A stretch of 59,057 nt of DNA from a virus, in the IMG/VR virus record IMGVR_UViG_3300045988_136150, positions 1-59,057 of that record, one strand, 5' to 3'. The translations under genes were made by a program, and so were the position numbers. Under the pieces are notes generated by a model that was given only the letters and a program-made list of their open reading frames with translations, searched no databases and was not told where the DNA came from. This document shows positions 26,986 to 37,052 of this stretch, piece after piece; the first letter of the stretch is position 1, and every line of letters starts with the position of its first letter.

Positions 26986-28086
26986 ATGGGTTTGCCAGAT
27001 ATTGTAATTGAGTTTTCCAAAAAGGCTGTAGTGGCTATCCAGAGTGGAGCTCTTGGTATCGTTGGTATCGTACTCAAAGACGATAAAAACAATGGTGCTA
27101 TGATGCTTAGAGGGATTGATGAGATCCCTACTGGAGAGAGTGCTTTTAGCACAGCAAATACCGCCTACATTGAGAGAGCTTTTAAGGGTGCTCCTAGTAA
27201 GGTTATCATTTATACCTTGCCTAAGGATGCAGAAAATTACAGCGAGGCGTTTAAGTACTTTGGTGCGGTAAAGGTTAATTACCTTTGTGGTGCCCCAGAT
27301 ATTTCTAGTACAGAGGCGGAGGCTTTTGTTACTTGGATTAAGGGTATCCGTGCTAATACGGTACGCAGACCTGTAGCAATTTTGCCTAATGTAAAGGCAG
27401 ATGAAAAGGGTGTTATCAGTTTTAAGGTGGTTAATTCCTCTGCTACTGATAAGATCGAGGTAGAGGATACAAAGTTTACGGAGGCTGAGTACTGTAGCCG
27501 TATCGCTGGCTTGATTGCAGGGCTGGATCTCCGTGTATCCAGCACATTTAAGCCTCTTAGTGAGGTTACTATGATCCCTGTAGCAGAGGATGATGAGGTA
27601 GATCAAGCTGTAGATGCTGGCTATCTTACTCTATACAATGATGGGGAGCGTATCGTGATTGCACGAGGAGTAAACTCTCTTACTACTGTTACAGAGGTGG
27701 ATACGGAGGATCTTAAGAAAATCAAGATCCTTGCTATTCAAGATCTCATTGAAACCGATATTTACAGCACTATTAACCGTAGCTATATCGGTAACTACTC
27801 TAATAGCTATGATAACAAGTGTCTACTCATCACAGCTATTAAGGGATACCTTAGAGGCTTGGAGGCTACAGAGGGCGGTAAAGGCTATCTTAAGGCAGAC
27901 AGCTCTACTGTAGAGATCAATGTATCTAAGCAGAAACAGTATCTTGAAAGTATCGGTGTAGATACCTCCGAAATGGATGAGCAGGCTATCAAGGAGGCTA
28001 ATACAGGCTCTAAGGTTTTCCTTAAGGGTACTATTAGTATTCTGGATGCTATTGAGGATGTTGACATCTTCATTAACAAGGAATAA
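26986..28086 (+). CDS. Contractile tail sheath protein (XkdK-like)
   Basis: 366 aa, immediately upstream of the XkdM-like tube gene. Confidence 0.7.
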   Translation: MGLPDIVIEFSKKAVVAIQSGALGIVGIVLKDDKNNGAMMLRGIDEIPTGESAFSTANTAYIERAFKGAPSKVIIYTLPKDAENYSEAFKYFGAVKVNYLCGAPDISSTEAEAFVTWIKGIRANTVRRPVAILPNVKADEKGVISFKVVNSSATDKIEVEDTKFTEAEYCSRIAGLIAGLDLRVSSTFKPLSEVTMIPVAEDDEVDQAVDAGYLTLYNDGERIVIARGVNSLTTVTEVDTEDLKKIKILAIQDLIETDIYSTINRSYIGNYSNSYDNKCLLITAIKGYLRGLEATEGGKGYLKADSSTVEINVSKQKQYLESIGVDTSEMDEQAIKEANTGSKVFLKGTISILDAIEDVDIFINKE

Positions 28087-28099
28087 GGAGGTATGAGAG

Positions 28100-28534
28100 A
28101 TGGCTGTAGAAACTAAAAGAATTTGCAACGGTACCTTTGGCGAAGTGTGGCTTGATGGCGATTATGTAGGCGAGTGTTACAAGGCACAGGCTAAGGTAGA
28201 GTTTACAAAAGAGGAGATCAAACAATGCGGAGCCTTTTTTACAGATAATAAGGTAGTCGGTTGTAAGGGTACTGGATCTCTCACTATGCACAAGGTAAAC
28301 TCCAGAATGGCTATTAAGGTAGCTAATTTGGTGCGTAATAAGCAGGATGTAAGATTTACTATTATTAGTAAACTTGCGGATCCAGATGCCTTTGGTGCAG
28401 AGAGAGTATCTGTTACTGGTGTGCAGTTTGATGATCTTACTCTGTTTGATTGGGAGGCTCAAAAGCCTCTTGAAACGGAGGCTCCGTTTACCTTTACAGG
28501 GTATGAATACTTGGATCAGATCACTCCTCAATAA
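28100..28534 (+). CDS. Tail tube protein (XkdM-like)
   Basis: GTFGEVWLDGDYVGECYKAQAKVEF. 144 aa. Confidence 0.7.
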   Translation: MAVETKRICNGTFGEVWLDGDYVGECYKAQAKVEFTKEEIKQCGAFFTDNKVVGCKGTGSLTMHKVNSRMAIKVANLVRNKQDVRFTIISKLADPDAFGAERVSVTGVQFDDLTLFDWEAQKPLETEAPFTFTGYEYLDQITPQ

Positions 28535-28560
28535 TAAGGGAAATTTGGCTTAAGAGCTAA

Positions 28561-28594
28561 CTGGGGAGGTGTGAGATCATCTCCCCAGTTTTTT
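28561..28594 (+). terminator. Hairpin / terminator after the tube gene
   Basis: ctggggag (28561-28568) pairs with ctccccag (28581-28588), followed by T6. Confidence 0.65.
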
Positions 28595-28630
28595 CATTTT
28601 ACAAGGAAAATTTATAAGGAGGGCTATAAA

Positions 28631-29110
28631 ATGGCTACTAATGTTAAGAAAATTACAGATGAGCAGGTTGAGGAAACCGTAGAAACTAAAGAGGCGGTTA
28701 ATGTACTGGATCTCTTGCTTGGATCTGATATTGGAGAAATCAAGCTCCCTACTAAGGAGGTAGAAATTACACGCCTTAGCGGTGTGTTTGGATCTCCGTT
28801 TGTAATCACAGTACAGGCTCTTTCTCCAGATCGCTATGAGGAGGTACAGGATATGGCTGTATCCGTTAAGGGTAAGGATGCAGATATTGAGATCTCCCTT
28901 TTACAGGTGCTTGTAGTTATGGAGGGCGTTGTGGATCCTAGCGGTAAACCTATGTTTAAGAATAAGGATCTAATGAGTAAGTTTAAGGCTACTACTCCTA
29001 AGGAGCTGGTGCGTAAGCTCTTGCTTAGCGGAGAAATTGCTAGTATCTATGGAGAGATTGCTAGCCTCTCTGGTTTTGGAGAGGGATCTGTTAAAGAAGT
29101 AAAAAACTAA
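28631..29110 (+). CDS. Tail assembly chaperone (XkdN-like), short form
   Basis: Start moved to the ATG at 28631 (MATNVKK), which follows aaggaggg. Lies between the tube and tape-measure genes. Confidence 0.65.
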   Translation: MATNVKKITDEQVEETVETKEAVNVLDLLLGSDIGEIKLPTKEVEITRLSGVFGSPFVITVQALSPDRYEEVQDMAVSVKGKDADIEISLLQVLVVMEGVVDPSGKPMFKNKDLMSKFKATTPKELVRKLLLSGEIASIYGEIASLSGFGEGSVKEVKN

Positions 29111-29307
29111 TAGAAACGGATGGGCTTACCCAGATGATGTACTACTATTGGAAAAATGGTAGGATTCGCCCATCCGTTTTCTACTCTATGCCTAGAGGAG
29201 AGCTTACTGTAATTCAAGCCTTTTTTGAAAAAGAGGTTGAGGAACATAATGAGCTTGTTAAAGGCACAGAGGGTAAGGGTGTAATACCTGTAGCTGTTAT
29301 TAACTAA
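28631..29307 (+). CDS. Tail assembly chaperone, -1 frameshifted long form
   Basis: The -1 frame after 29101-29107 reads KKLIETDGLTQMMYYYWKNGRIRPSVFYSMPRGELTVIQAFFEKEVEEHNELVKGTEGKGVIPVAVIN, with a stop at 29305-29307. Confidence 0.6.
29101..29179 (+). promoter_or_regulatory. Programmed -1 frameshift signal: slippery heptamer plus downstream stem
   Basis: A AAA AAC at 29101-29107. After 6 nt, aaacggatgggc (29114-29125) pairs with gcccatccgttt (29168-29179). Confidence 0.6.
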
Positions 29308-29328
29308 TTTTTGGGGAGGTGCGTACCT

Positions 29329-32300
29329 ATGCTAGATTTTGGGGCTAGATTAAGTCTTAAAGATAATATGTACGCCACTCTACAGAAAAACCTTAAATTA
29401 CAGCGTAGCTTTACAGAGCAGGTAGAAAGAACTAGCTCCAGTATTAGAGGGCTGGGGAGCCAGAGAGCTAACCCCACTATTACAGCAAATGATAGAGCCT
29501 CTGGCATTATCGAAAGTGTAAGAGATACTCTTAATATGGCTGGGGCTATGAGTGTTACTCCAGAGGTGGGAGTTAATGATAATGCCTCTGGGGTGCTGGA
29601 TACTATACAGGGTACCTTAGACAGCGTGAACGCTACCACAGCTACTCCTAGTGTTGAGGTGGAGGATGGTGCTACTACTCTCCTCCAGCGTATTAGGAAT
29701 GAGCTTAATACTGTAGGTAGAGTAAGAATTATGCCTACAGCGGAGGTAAACGATAAGGCTACTGAAAAGGTAAATGCTATAAACCAAAAAATCCTAGAGC
29801 TTGGTAAGAGAGTAGCCTCTCCTATCGTAAGGCTTAAGGATCGTGCCTCAGATGTGGCAGGAGCGATTACACGCAGGTTAAAGGAAATTGCTACTACTTA
29901 TACCCCTATAGTAAAACTTAGAGATCTAGCCTCCATAGGCTTAGCTAAGATTAAAAATACTATAGGCTGGCTAGGTAAGGCTGTGGCGTATCCAGCTCTT
30001 AAGCTCAAAGATCTAGCTACTACTGGTATCAATAAGGTTAGAGTGGCACTTAAGACGGTGGGTAAATTTGTAGCCCAGCCGATTATTAGAGCTAAAGATA
30101 CCGCTACTAGGGTTATCCAAAAGGTAAGAGATGGCTTGAAAACCGTAGGTAAAACGGTGGCTAAGCCCTTTATTACCCTCAAAGATAAGGCAAGCCCTAT
30201 AGTAAATAAGCTCAAAGATACTCTTAAAGCTGTGGGTAAAACCGTAGCTAAGCCTTTTGTGGCTCTAAAGGATGGAGCTACTAAGATGCTTAACAGCATT
30301 AAACAGGGGCTTAAGAGTGTAGGATCTACAGTAGCTAAGGCTACGGTGGCTATCAAGGATGGAGCTACCGCAGGGCTTACTAAGATCGGTAATATGTTAA
30401 AGACACTTGCGAAAGGCGTAACTATTGCGGTGGGTATCGCTGGTGCAGGTGCTACAGCTCTTATAGGGGGATCTATAAGTGAGGGTGCCTCTATGGAGCA
30501 GAGTATAGGCGGTGTAGAAACGCTATTCGGCTCCGATGCTGGAGTAGTAATGGCTAATGCAGATCAAGCCTATAAAACCGCAGGTATTTCCGCTAATGAG
30601 TATATGCAGACGGTTACTAGCTTTAGTGCCTCCCTGTTACAGAGCTTAGGTGGAGATACAGCTAGATCCGCACAGGTGGCGGATATGGCACTTATTGATA
30701 TGGCGGATAATGCTAACAAATTCGGTACGGATATGAGTAGCATACAAAACGCCTATCAAGGCTTTGCTAAGCAAAACTATACAATGCTGGATAACCTTAA
30801 GCTGGGTTATGGTGGTACAAAAGAGGAGATGGATAGGCTCCTTAAAGATGCTACTAAGCTCACAGGTGTAAGTTACGATATAAGTAACCTCTCCGATGTG
30901 TATAATGCTATTCACGCTATACAGGAAAATCTAGGGGTTACTGGTACTACCGCTAAGGAGGCAAGCTCTACTTTCTCTGGCTCTTTTGCAAGTATGAAAG
31001 CAAGTGCTAAAAACCTCTTAGCTAATCTGGCTCTGGGCGGAGATATTACAGGCTCTATGGAGCAGTTAGTAGATACCGCTAGTACGTTCCTTTTTGATAA
31101 TGCTATTCCTATGATTGGTAGGATTTTTGAGAGCTTACCAGATGCTATAGGAGTTGCAATAGAAAAGGGTGCTCCTAAGATTAAGGAGCTGGGCGGTACC
31201 ATTGTAACAGCTCTAAAGAATGGGCTTAAAACAGCTCTACCTACAGGGCTTGCAGAGTTGGTAGATCCAGCGTTTAGCGGTATAGGTACAGCCATTAAAA
31301 CAGCTATAGATACCGCTAAGAGTGTGATGCAGGGGTTAATACCTGTTATCACAAATGTAATTACTACGATGGCTCCAGTAGTGGGGCAGATCGGGGATAT
31401 GTTTAATGAGGTACTCCCAGTTGTACAAGATGCTTTAAGTAGTGCCTTTGGAGATGGCGGAGGGTTTATAGAGGGTTTTGCCGATATTGTGAAAGGGGCT
31501 ATCCCTGTGGTTAAGCAGGTAATAGTAAGCCTAGCACAGGTATTTAAGACGGTAATCCCAGCTATCCAGCCTATTCTTACTACGCTGGGTACTCTGATAC
31601 AAACGCTTTTCCCTGTAATACAGAATATCATAGCTACTTTTGGTAATATCGTTTCTCAGGTATTCCCTGTTATAGCAAATGTAATTTCTGTAGCCCTTAA
31701 TGCTGTAATGCCTATTGTACAAGCTCTAGCTAATGTGATCCAAACAGCACTACCTATAGTGCAAAATGTGATCTCTGTGGTGGCTGGGGTAATTCAATCT
31801 GTGATGCCTACTATCTCCCAGATTTTCACGGAGGTAGGCTCTAAGATAGCTGAGGTAATCAATACTGTAGTGGTGCCTGTAATGGGCGTATTACAACAGG
31901 TTTTCGAGGTAGTTAGTCCTATTATCCAGAGTGCGGTAGAGATTGTAGCACAGGTATTTAGTGTAGCTTGGGATATTATTTCCCCTATCATTGACCTTGC
32001 TATGAGTATCTTTAATGCTCTTTGGAGCGTTGTAGAGGCTGTTTTCCCAGCCATCAAAAATACCATTGAAACGGTGTGGGGGATACTGGAGCCTATTTTT
32101 AGTGCAATAGCTAACGGATTGAGTATTGTAGGAGATGCTATTAGCTCTGTAGCTGATTTTGTAGGTAATGGTATTGATACTATCGCTGGCTGGTTTGGCT
32201 TTGCGTATGGTAAGGATCGTGTACCTTATGATAATTACCCAGCTATCCTACATCAAGGAGAAAAGGTACTTACACGAAATCAAGCGGATCAATATGAGAG

Positions 32301-32553
32301 GAGTATGAGTACCAGAGGCGTACAGCTTAACAATGCTCTACAGCCTGTGGATAATGACCTCTCTGATGAGAAAGCAGGAAGTATAGGAAGTGCAGGACAG
32401 CCACAGGAGGTAAAGGAAGTAAGTAAGGCAGGTACTACCGTAAACATTGAGAAACTTGCAGATACCGTAGTTATCGAAAAAGAGGCAGATGTGGATAAGG
32501 TAGTAGAGGATATGGTTAAGAAATTCCGTAAACTGGTACCTAATGTACCGTAA
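29329..32553 (+). CDS. Tail tape measure protein
   Basis: 1074 aa with repetitive KDxA(S/T) and Ala/Val-rich helical segments. ATG at 29329 follows ggggagg. Confidence 0.85.
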   Translation: MLDFGARLSLKDNMYATLQKNLKLQRSFTEQVERTSSSIRGLGSQRANPTITANDRASGIIESVRDTLNMAGAMSVTPEVGVNDNASGVLDTIQGTLDSVNATTATPSVEVEDGATTLLQRIRNELNTVGRVRIMPTAEVNDKATEKVNAINQKILELGKRVASPIVRLKDRASDVAGAITRRLKEIATTYTPIVKLRDLASIGLAKIKNTIGWLGKAVAYPALKLKDLATTGINKVRVALKTVGKFVAQPIIRAKDTATRVIQKVRDGLKTVGKTVAKPFITLKDKASPIVNKLKDTLKAVGKTVAKPFVALKDGATKMLNSIKQGLKSVGSTVAKATVAIKDGATAGLTKIGNMLKTLAKGVTIAVGIAGAGATALIGGSISEGASMEQSIGGVETLFGSDAGVVMANADQAYKTAGISANEYMQTVTSFSASLLQSLGGDTARSAQVADMALIDMADNANKFGTDMSSIQNAYQGFAKQNYTMLDNLKLGYGGTKEEMDRLLKDATKLTGVSYDISNLSDVYNAIHAIQENLGVTGTTAKEASSTFSGSFASMKASAKNLLANLALGGDITGSMEQLVDTASTFLFDNAIPMIGRIFESLPDAIGVAIEKGAPKIKELGGTIVTALKNGLKTALPTGLAELVDPAFSGIGTAIKTAIDTAKSVMQGLIPVITNVITTMAPVVGQIGDMFNEVLPVVQDALSSAFGDGGGFIEGFADIVKGAIPVVKQVIVSLAQVFKTVIPAIQPILTTLGTLIQTLFPVIQNIIATFGNIVSQVFPVIANVISVALNAVMPIVQALANVIQTALPIVQNVISVVAGVIQSVMPTISQIFTEVGSKIAEVINTVVVPVMGVLQQVFEVVSPIIQSAVEIVAQVFSVAWDIISPIIDLAMSIFNALWSVVEAVFPAIKNTIETVWGILEPIFSAIANGLSIVGDAISSVADFVGNGIDTIAGWFGFAYGKDRVPYDNYPAILHQGEKVLTRNQADQYERSMSTRGVQLNNALQPVDNDLSDEKAGSIGSAGQPQEVKEVSKAGTTVNIEKLADTVVIEKEADVDKVVEDMVKKFRKLVPNVP

Positions 32554-32567
32554 GGAGGTGGGTTATT

Positions 32568-33197
32568 ATGGAATTTTGGATAAAGCAGGATAATAGCGGA
32601 GCTATACAGCTCCCTGTAAAGCCTACTGAGTTTAATGTTACTGTAGCCCATCGTAATACGGTGGTTAATGTAATCCAGCTAGGAGATATTAACCTAATGG
32701 GAAAAACAGGGCTAAGGGAAATCTCTCTTAGCTCCTTTTTCCCAGCTAAGGACTATAACTTTAGTATTAACTCTAGTAGGCAAAAGCCTATTACCTGTGT
32801 AAATACTCTGGAGAAGTGGAGAAAATCTGGTAAGCCTGTTAGGGTAATTATCACGGATCTACTCAATATGGAGGCTACTATAGAGAGCTTTACTTGGGGA
32901 GAGAGGGATGCTACAGGGGATATTTATTATACCCTAGCCCTTAAGGAATACAAAAAGATTAAAACCAAAAAAGCTACGGTTACTATAGCAACGGTTAAAC
33001 CTACTACCAGAGAAACAAAGGCTCCATCTAGTAGCTCTGGAAAAACCTATACAGTTAAAAGAGGAGATTGCCTCTGGAATATAGCTAAAAGGTTTTACGG
33101 TAATGGAGCTCAGTACAATAAGATATACAATGCAAATAAGGGTATAATCAAAAACCCTAATCTCATCTATGTAGGACAGGTACTAACGATCCCTTAA
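32568..33197 (+). CDS. LysM-domain tail protein (XkdP-like)
   Basis: YTVKRGDCLWNIAKRFYGNGAQYNKIYNAN...IYVGQVLTIP. Confidence 0.75.
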   Translation: MEFWIKQDNSGAIQLPVKPTEFNVTVAHRNTVVNVIQLGDINLMGKTGLREISLSSFFPAKDYNFSINSSRQKPITCVNTLEKWRKSGKPVRVIITDLLNMEATIESFTWGERDATGDIYYTLALKEYKKIKTKKATVTIATVKPTTRETKAPSSSSGKTYTVKRGDCLWNIAKRFYGNGAQYNKIYNANKGIIKNPNLIYVGQVLTIP

Positions 33198-33212
33198 AGG
33201 AGGCGGTAAAGA

Positions 33213-34412
33213 GTGATAGTGGTACATAAAAACACAAACATTACAGAGTATGTAAGCTCTATAAGCTGGGGGGGCTCCAGAACAGAGGTAGCCAGAAAGT
33301 TAGAGCTTAAGGTAGTTAATGCTCCTCTGGATGATAATATTACTCCTCTTACCATTGATTTAGCGGATCCTGTTTACCTGTTTGAGGATGATGGGAAAAC
33401 AGAGCTCTTTAGAGGGTTTGTAACGGAAAGGGAGGCTAGTAGTGTACAGGGTGTAGTAACCTATGTAGCCTATGACCTCCTTTTCTATACCCTCAAAAGT
33501 AAGGCTACATATAACTTTAGCTCTAAGACAGCAGAAACGATTACTAAAATGGTGTGTAATGATATGGAGATCCCTATAGGCTCCTTAGCCAGCACAGAGC
33601 TCTCTCAAAAGCTCATAGTACAAAATGTGAGTATATATGAGATCATTATGCAAGCCTATACACAGGCTTACCAAAAGAACGGAGTAAGTTACAGAGTAAC
33701 AGCTAAAAAGGGTACCCTCAATGTAGAGGAGATGGGTAAGATCGTTTGTGAGATTGAGCTCACAGAGGATAGTAATATTACTAGCTCTCAATACAAGGAA
33801 ACCCTTACTAATATGGTTAATAAGGTGCGTATCTACGATGGCGAAGGAAACCCAGCAGGAGTAGTACAGAACGATGCCGACGTTAAAAAGTATGGTATAT
33901 TCCAGCAGGTTTACACTAAAGAGGAGGGTAAGGATCCTACTACTACAGCTAAGAGTATGTTTGTAGGGGTAGAGAAAACCTTTACTCTTAATTGTGTAAA
34001 TTGTAATGGAGCTGTTACTGGAGCTGGGGCTGTGGTAAGAGATAGCTCTACAGGGCTTAGCGGTGTGGTTTGGATAGATGCCGATACCCACACTTGGAAT
34101 AACGGAGTAGCCACTATGAGCTTAACGGTAACACTTAAGCAAATGATGGATACTAAAGAAAATAACAGCTCCCAGAAAAAAGAGGATGATACCTCTACTG
34201 GAGGGGGCGGAGATAGCGGTAGCACAGGTACCTATACTCCTACTTACGGATCTAAGAGTAATCCTCCGTTTGAGGTGGTTAATAACTACTGGAGAACGGA
34301 GAAAAGTGGTTTTAATAACTACTCCGATGCTTTTAACTATTACTCCTCAAATGGAGGTAGCTCTAAGGGCTGGAAAATCTTAGATAAGAATAGAAAGGAG
34401 GTACAGATCTAG
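33213..34412 (+). CDS. XkdQ / late-control-D-like baseplate hub protein
   Basis: Position after the LysM protein. N-terminal ITEYVSSISWGGSRTEVARKLEL. Confidence 0.5.
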   Translation: MIVVHKNTNITEYVSSISWGGSRTEVARKLELKVVNAPLDDNITPLTIDLADPVYLFEDDGKTELFRGFVTEREASSVQGVVTYVAYDLLFYTLKSKATYNFSSKTAETITKMVCNDMEIPIGSLASTELSQKLIVQNVSIYEIIMQAYTQAYQKNGVSYRVTAKKGTLNVEEMGKIVCEIELTEDSNITSSQYKETLTNMVNKVRIYDGEGNPAGVVQNDADVKKYGIFQQVYTKEEGKDPTTTAKSMFVGVEKTFTLNCVNCNGAVTGAGAVVRDSSTGLSGVVWIDADTHTWNNGVATMSLTVTLKQMMDTKENNSSQKKEDDTSTGGGGDSGSTGTYTPTYGSKSNPPFEVVNNYWRTEKSGFNNYSDAFNYYSSNGGSSKGWKILDKNRKEVQI

Positions 34413-34413
34413 T

Positions 34414-34848
34414 ATGGCTAACAATGAAAACAGTAGCTCTATGCAGAGCGATCAATACTTTGCAGAAATGCTAGGAATGATGAGAGAGCAAGGAAAAAAG
34501 GATAACCCCTCTACCCTACAGCTAGGCATAATGCAGAGTGCAAATAGCGTTAAGATTGATGATCTGGTGCTAAATGCGGAGGATCTGTATATAGCCGATT
34601 ATCTGGTAGCAGGTTATACCAGACAGATCAAGGTACCTTATGTATCTGGAGTAACCGTTGACACTAGGCAAGAGGATGGCTGGGGTTATACGGATGCTAA
34701 CGGAGCCTATCACGATCCAGATACAAGAACTACTACACAGAAACAGATAACCTTTACCGATGGGTTGAAAAAGGGAGATCTGGTGGCTGTGATGAAACTA
34801 CAGGATACTAACAAGTATGTAATACTGGTAAAGGTGGTGGAGGCTTAA
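34414..34848 (+). CDS. XkdR-like (DUF2577-like) baseplate protein
   Basis: Order and size match the PBSX tail module. Confidence 0.4.
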   Translation: MANNENSSSMQSDQYFAEMLGMMREQGKKDNPSTLQLGIMQSANSVKIDDLVLNAEDLYIADYLVAGYTRQIKVPYVSGVTVDTRQEDGWGYTDANGAYHDPDTRTTTQKQITFTDGLKKGDLVAVMKLQDTNKYVILVKVVEA

Positions 34849-35265
34849 ATGAGTTTATTTCCGTTTGCCACGAATGAGGAGATAGCTTTAGCCACTCCAG
34901 AGGTTACAGCCTCCTCTATCCGTGAGTATGAGTTAGACTTTAAGAGTGGCAGGCTTACAGGCAGGATAGTAGAGGGCGTGGATGCTCTCTGTGTTTGGGC
35001 TTACTTAGCTCTAAAGGCGTGGAGATACCGTTGGGTAATTTATAGCTGGGGTTACGGTAATGAGGTTTACGATCTCATAGGTAACTCTTATAGTGAGGAA
35101 TACCTAAGAAGTGAGTGCAGGAGATATATGGAGGAGTGCTTATTTGAAAATGAGCACATTACAGGTATTGAGGATCTGGAGGTATCACAGATCAAGGATG
35201 TACTCTATATCAAATTTAGAATGATTACCGATGTAGGCAGTAAGGAGGTGGAAATCAATGTATGA
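34849..35265 (+). CDS. XkdS-like (gp25/W-like) baseplate wedge protein
   Basis: Order, size and EYELDFKSGRL. Confidence 0.5.
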   Translation: MSLFPFATNEEIALATPEVTASSIREYELDFKSGRLTGRIVEGVDALCVWAYLALKAWRYRWVIYSWGYGNEVYDLIGNSYSEEYLRSECRRYMEECLFENEHITGIEDLEVSQIKDVLYIKFRMITDVGSKEVEINV

Positions 35266-36328
35266 GGATCAAACATACGAGATTATCCTAGATAGATCTC
35301 TAGCTAGGGTGGCTACAGATGTAGATAAGCGTGAGGGCTCCTTAGTAATGAACGCTATAGCTCCTGTATCCGCAGAACACGCTAATATTTATATCCTTTT
35401 GGATAGCATTATCCGAAACGGATACGCTGATACAGCAGATGTTAGGGAGTATCTGGTATTACGCTGTAGAGAGCGTGGTATTAACCCTTACGAGGCTACA
35501 CAGGCAGTACTCAAAGGTAAGTTTAATATGGAGATCCCTCTGGGCTCCAGATTTAGCCACGATGAGCTTAACTATGAGGCAGTAGCCTTTATAGAGGCTA
35601 GTGAGGACGGCTTTTATTATTACCAGATGGAATGTGAAACCGCTGGGGAGATTGGTAATAAGAGCTTTGGAGAGCTTACCTCTATTGAGTACATTGATAA
35701 GGATCTGGAGGGAGAGCTGGTAGAGCTACTTATCCCAGCGGAGGATGAGGAGAGCATAGAAAGCCTTAGAGAGCGTTATCTTAACTCTTTTGAGAGTAAT
35801 CCGTTTGGAGGCAATAAACAGGATTACAAGGATAAAACTAAGGCTCTGGATGGTGTTGGTGGCTGTATCGTTATTCCTGTGTGGAATGGTGGCGGTACCG
35901 TCAAGCTCATTATTATAGATAGTGAGTTTAATAAAGCTACGCCTACTCTGGTAGCAAGGGTACAGGAGCAGATAGATCCTCCTCCACAGGGTACAGGTGC
36001 AGGTATCGCTCCTATAGGGCATACCGTAACAGTAACTACTCCAGATGAGCTTACTGTAAATGTTAAGGCTAAAATTACTCTTAATGAGGGGTATAGCTGG
36101 AGCCAGATTAAGCCACAGGTAGAGGAAACTCTGGAGGCGTATTTTCTGGAGGTAAGGCAAAGCTGGGAGAATGGTAATGTAGTAGTGCGTATTTCTCAGA
36201 TTGAAAACCGTATCCTTAATCTGGAGGCGGTGCTGGATGTTGCAGATACCCAGCTTAACGGAGTATCTGATAATCTCCCTGTAGAGCAGGAGTACTTACC
36301 TATTCTGGGAGGTGTTGAGAATGGCTAA
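35258..36328 (+). CDS. Baseplate J-like protein (XkdT-like)
   Basis: 356 aa. REGSLVMNAIAPVSAEHANIY. Confidence 0.65.
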   Translation: MYEDQTYEIILDRSLARVATDVDKREGSLVMNAIAPVSAEHANIYILLDSIIRNGYADTADVREYLVLRCRERGINPYEATQAVLKGKFNMEIPLGSRFSHDELNYEAVAFIEASEDGFYYYQMECETAGEIGNKSFGELTSIEYIDKDLEGELVELLIPAEDEESIESLRERYLNSFESNPFGGNKQDYKDKTKALDGVGGCIVIPVWNGGGTVKLIIIDSEFNKATPTLVARVQEQIDPPPQGTGAGIAPIGHTVTVTTPDELTVNVKAKITLNEGYSWSQIKPQVEETLEAYFLEVRQSWENGNVVVRISQIENRILNLEAVLDVADTQLNGVSDNLPVEQEYLPILGGVENG

Positions 36329-37025
36329 AGAGGTAGATTTACTTAGTTATTGGATGCCAGTACTTAGGCAGATTAAAGAGCTTAAGGAAATAGCAAAGGC
36401 GGAGGAGCCAGAGCTAAGGTATATCCTAGAGGCGTGTGATCGTACCCTTAGTAATTTCTTTATCACTACAGCAGATGAGTACGGTATCTCACGATTTGAG
36501 AAAATGATGGGGCTTTTCCCAGATGAGGGAGAGGATCTGGAGGCAAGGCGATTTAATGTACTTGTTAAGTGGAATGATAAAGTACCGTACACAGATGAGG
36601 AGCTTTATAACAGGCTCCTCTCTATTTGTGGAGAGGGTAATTTTAAGATTATCCCTCAATATGAGGAGTACGGTATAGATATTACCACTATGGTAGGTAT
36701 GAGAGGAGCCTTTGATGCAGTAACTACTCTATTACTAGATATGCTCCCCTGTAATCTGGTACTTACCCTAAGAAATATCATAAAGACAGAGAAAGCCACG
36801 CCTCTTACCGTTGGTGCTGGGATGGCTAGAGCAGGTACTCACATTATAACTCACGATGTAGGAATAAAAGATAGCCTACAGGCTCCTCTCAACGGAGCTA
36901 TGGGAGTTGGAATGGCTCATACTACCCTTATCACTCACGATCTGGATAGTAAAGCTACAAGTAACGGTAATTCTATCGTAGGTACTCCTGTTAGTACAGC
37001 TACGGTAATTACAATTCAATCTTAA
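36321..37025 (+). CDS. XkdU-like (DUF2313-like) tail protein
   Basis: Start moved to the ATG at 36321 (MAKEVDLLSYW), which follows gggagg. ADEYGISRFEKMMGL. Confidence 0.6.
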   Translation: MAKEVDLLSYWMPVLRQIKELKEIAKAEEPELRYILEACDRTLSNFFITTADEYGISRFEKMMGLFPDEGEDLEARRFNVLVKWNDKVPYTDEELYNRLLSICGEGNFKIIPQYEEYGIDITTMVGMRGAFDAVTTLLLDMLPCNLVLTLRNIIKTEKATPLTVGAGMARAGTHIITHDVGIKDSLQAPLNGAMGVGMAHTTLITHDLDSKATSNGNSIVGTPVSTATVITIQS

Positions 37026-37052
37026 CTATTTTTAGGAAAGGAGATTACTAAA

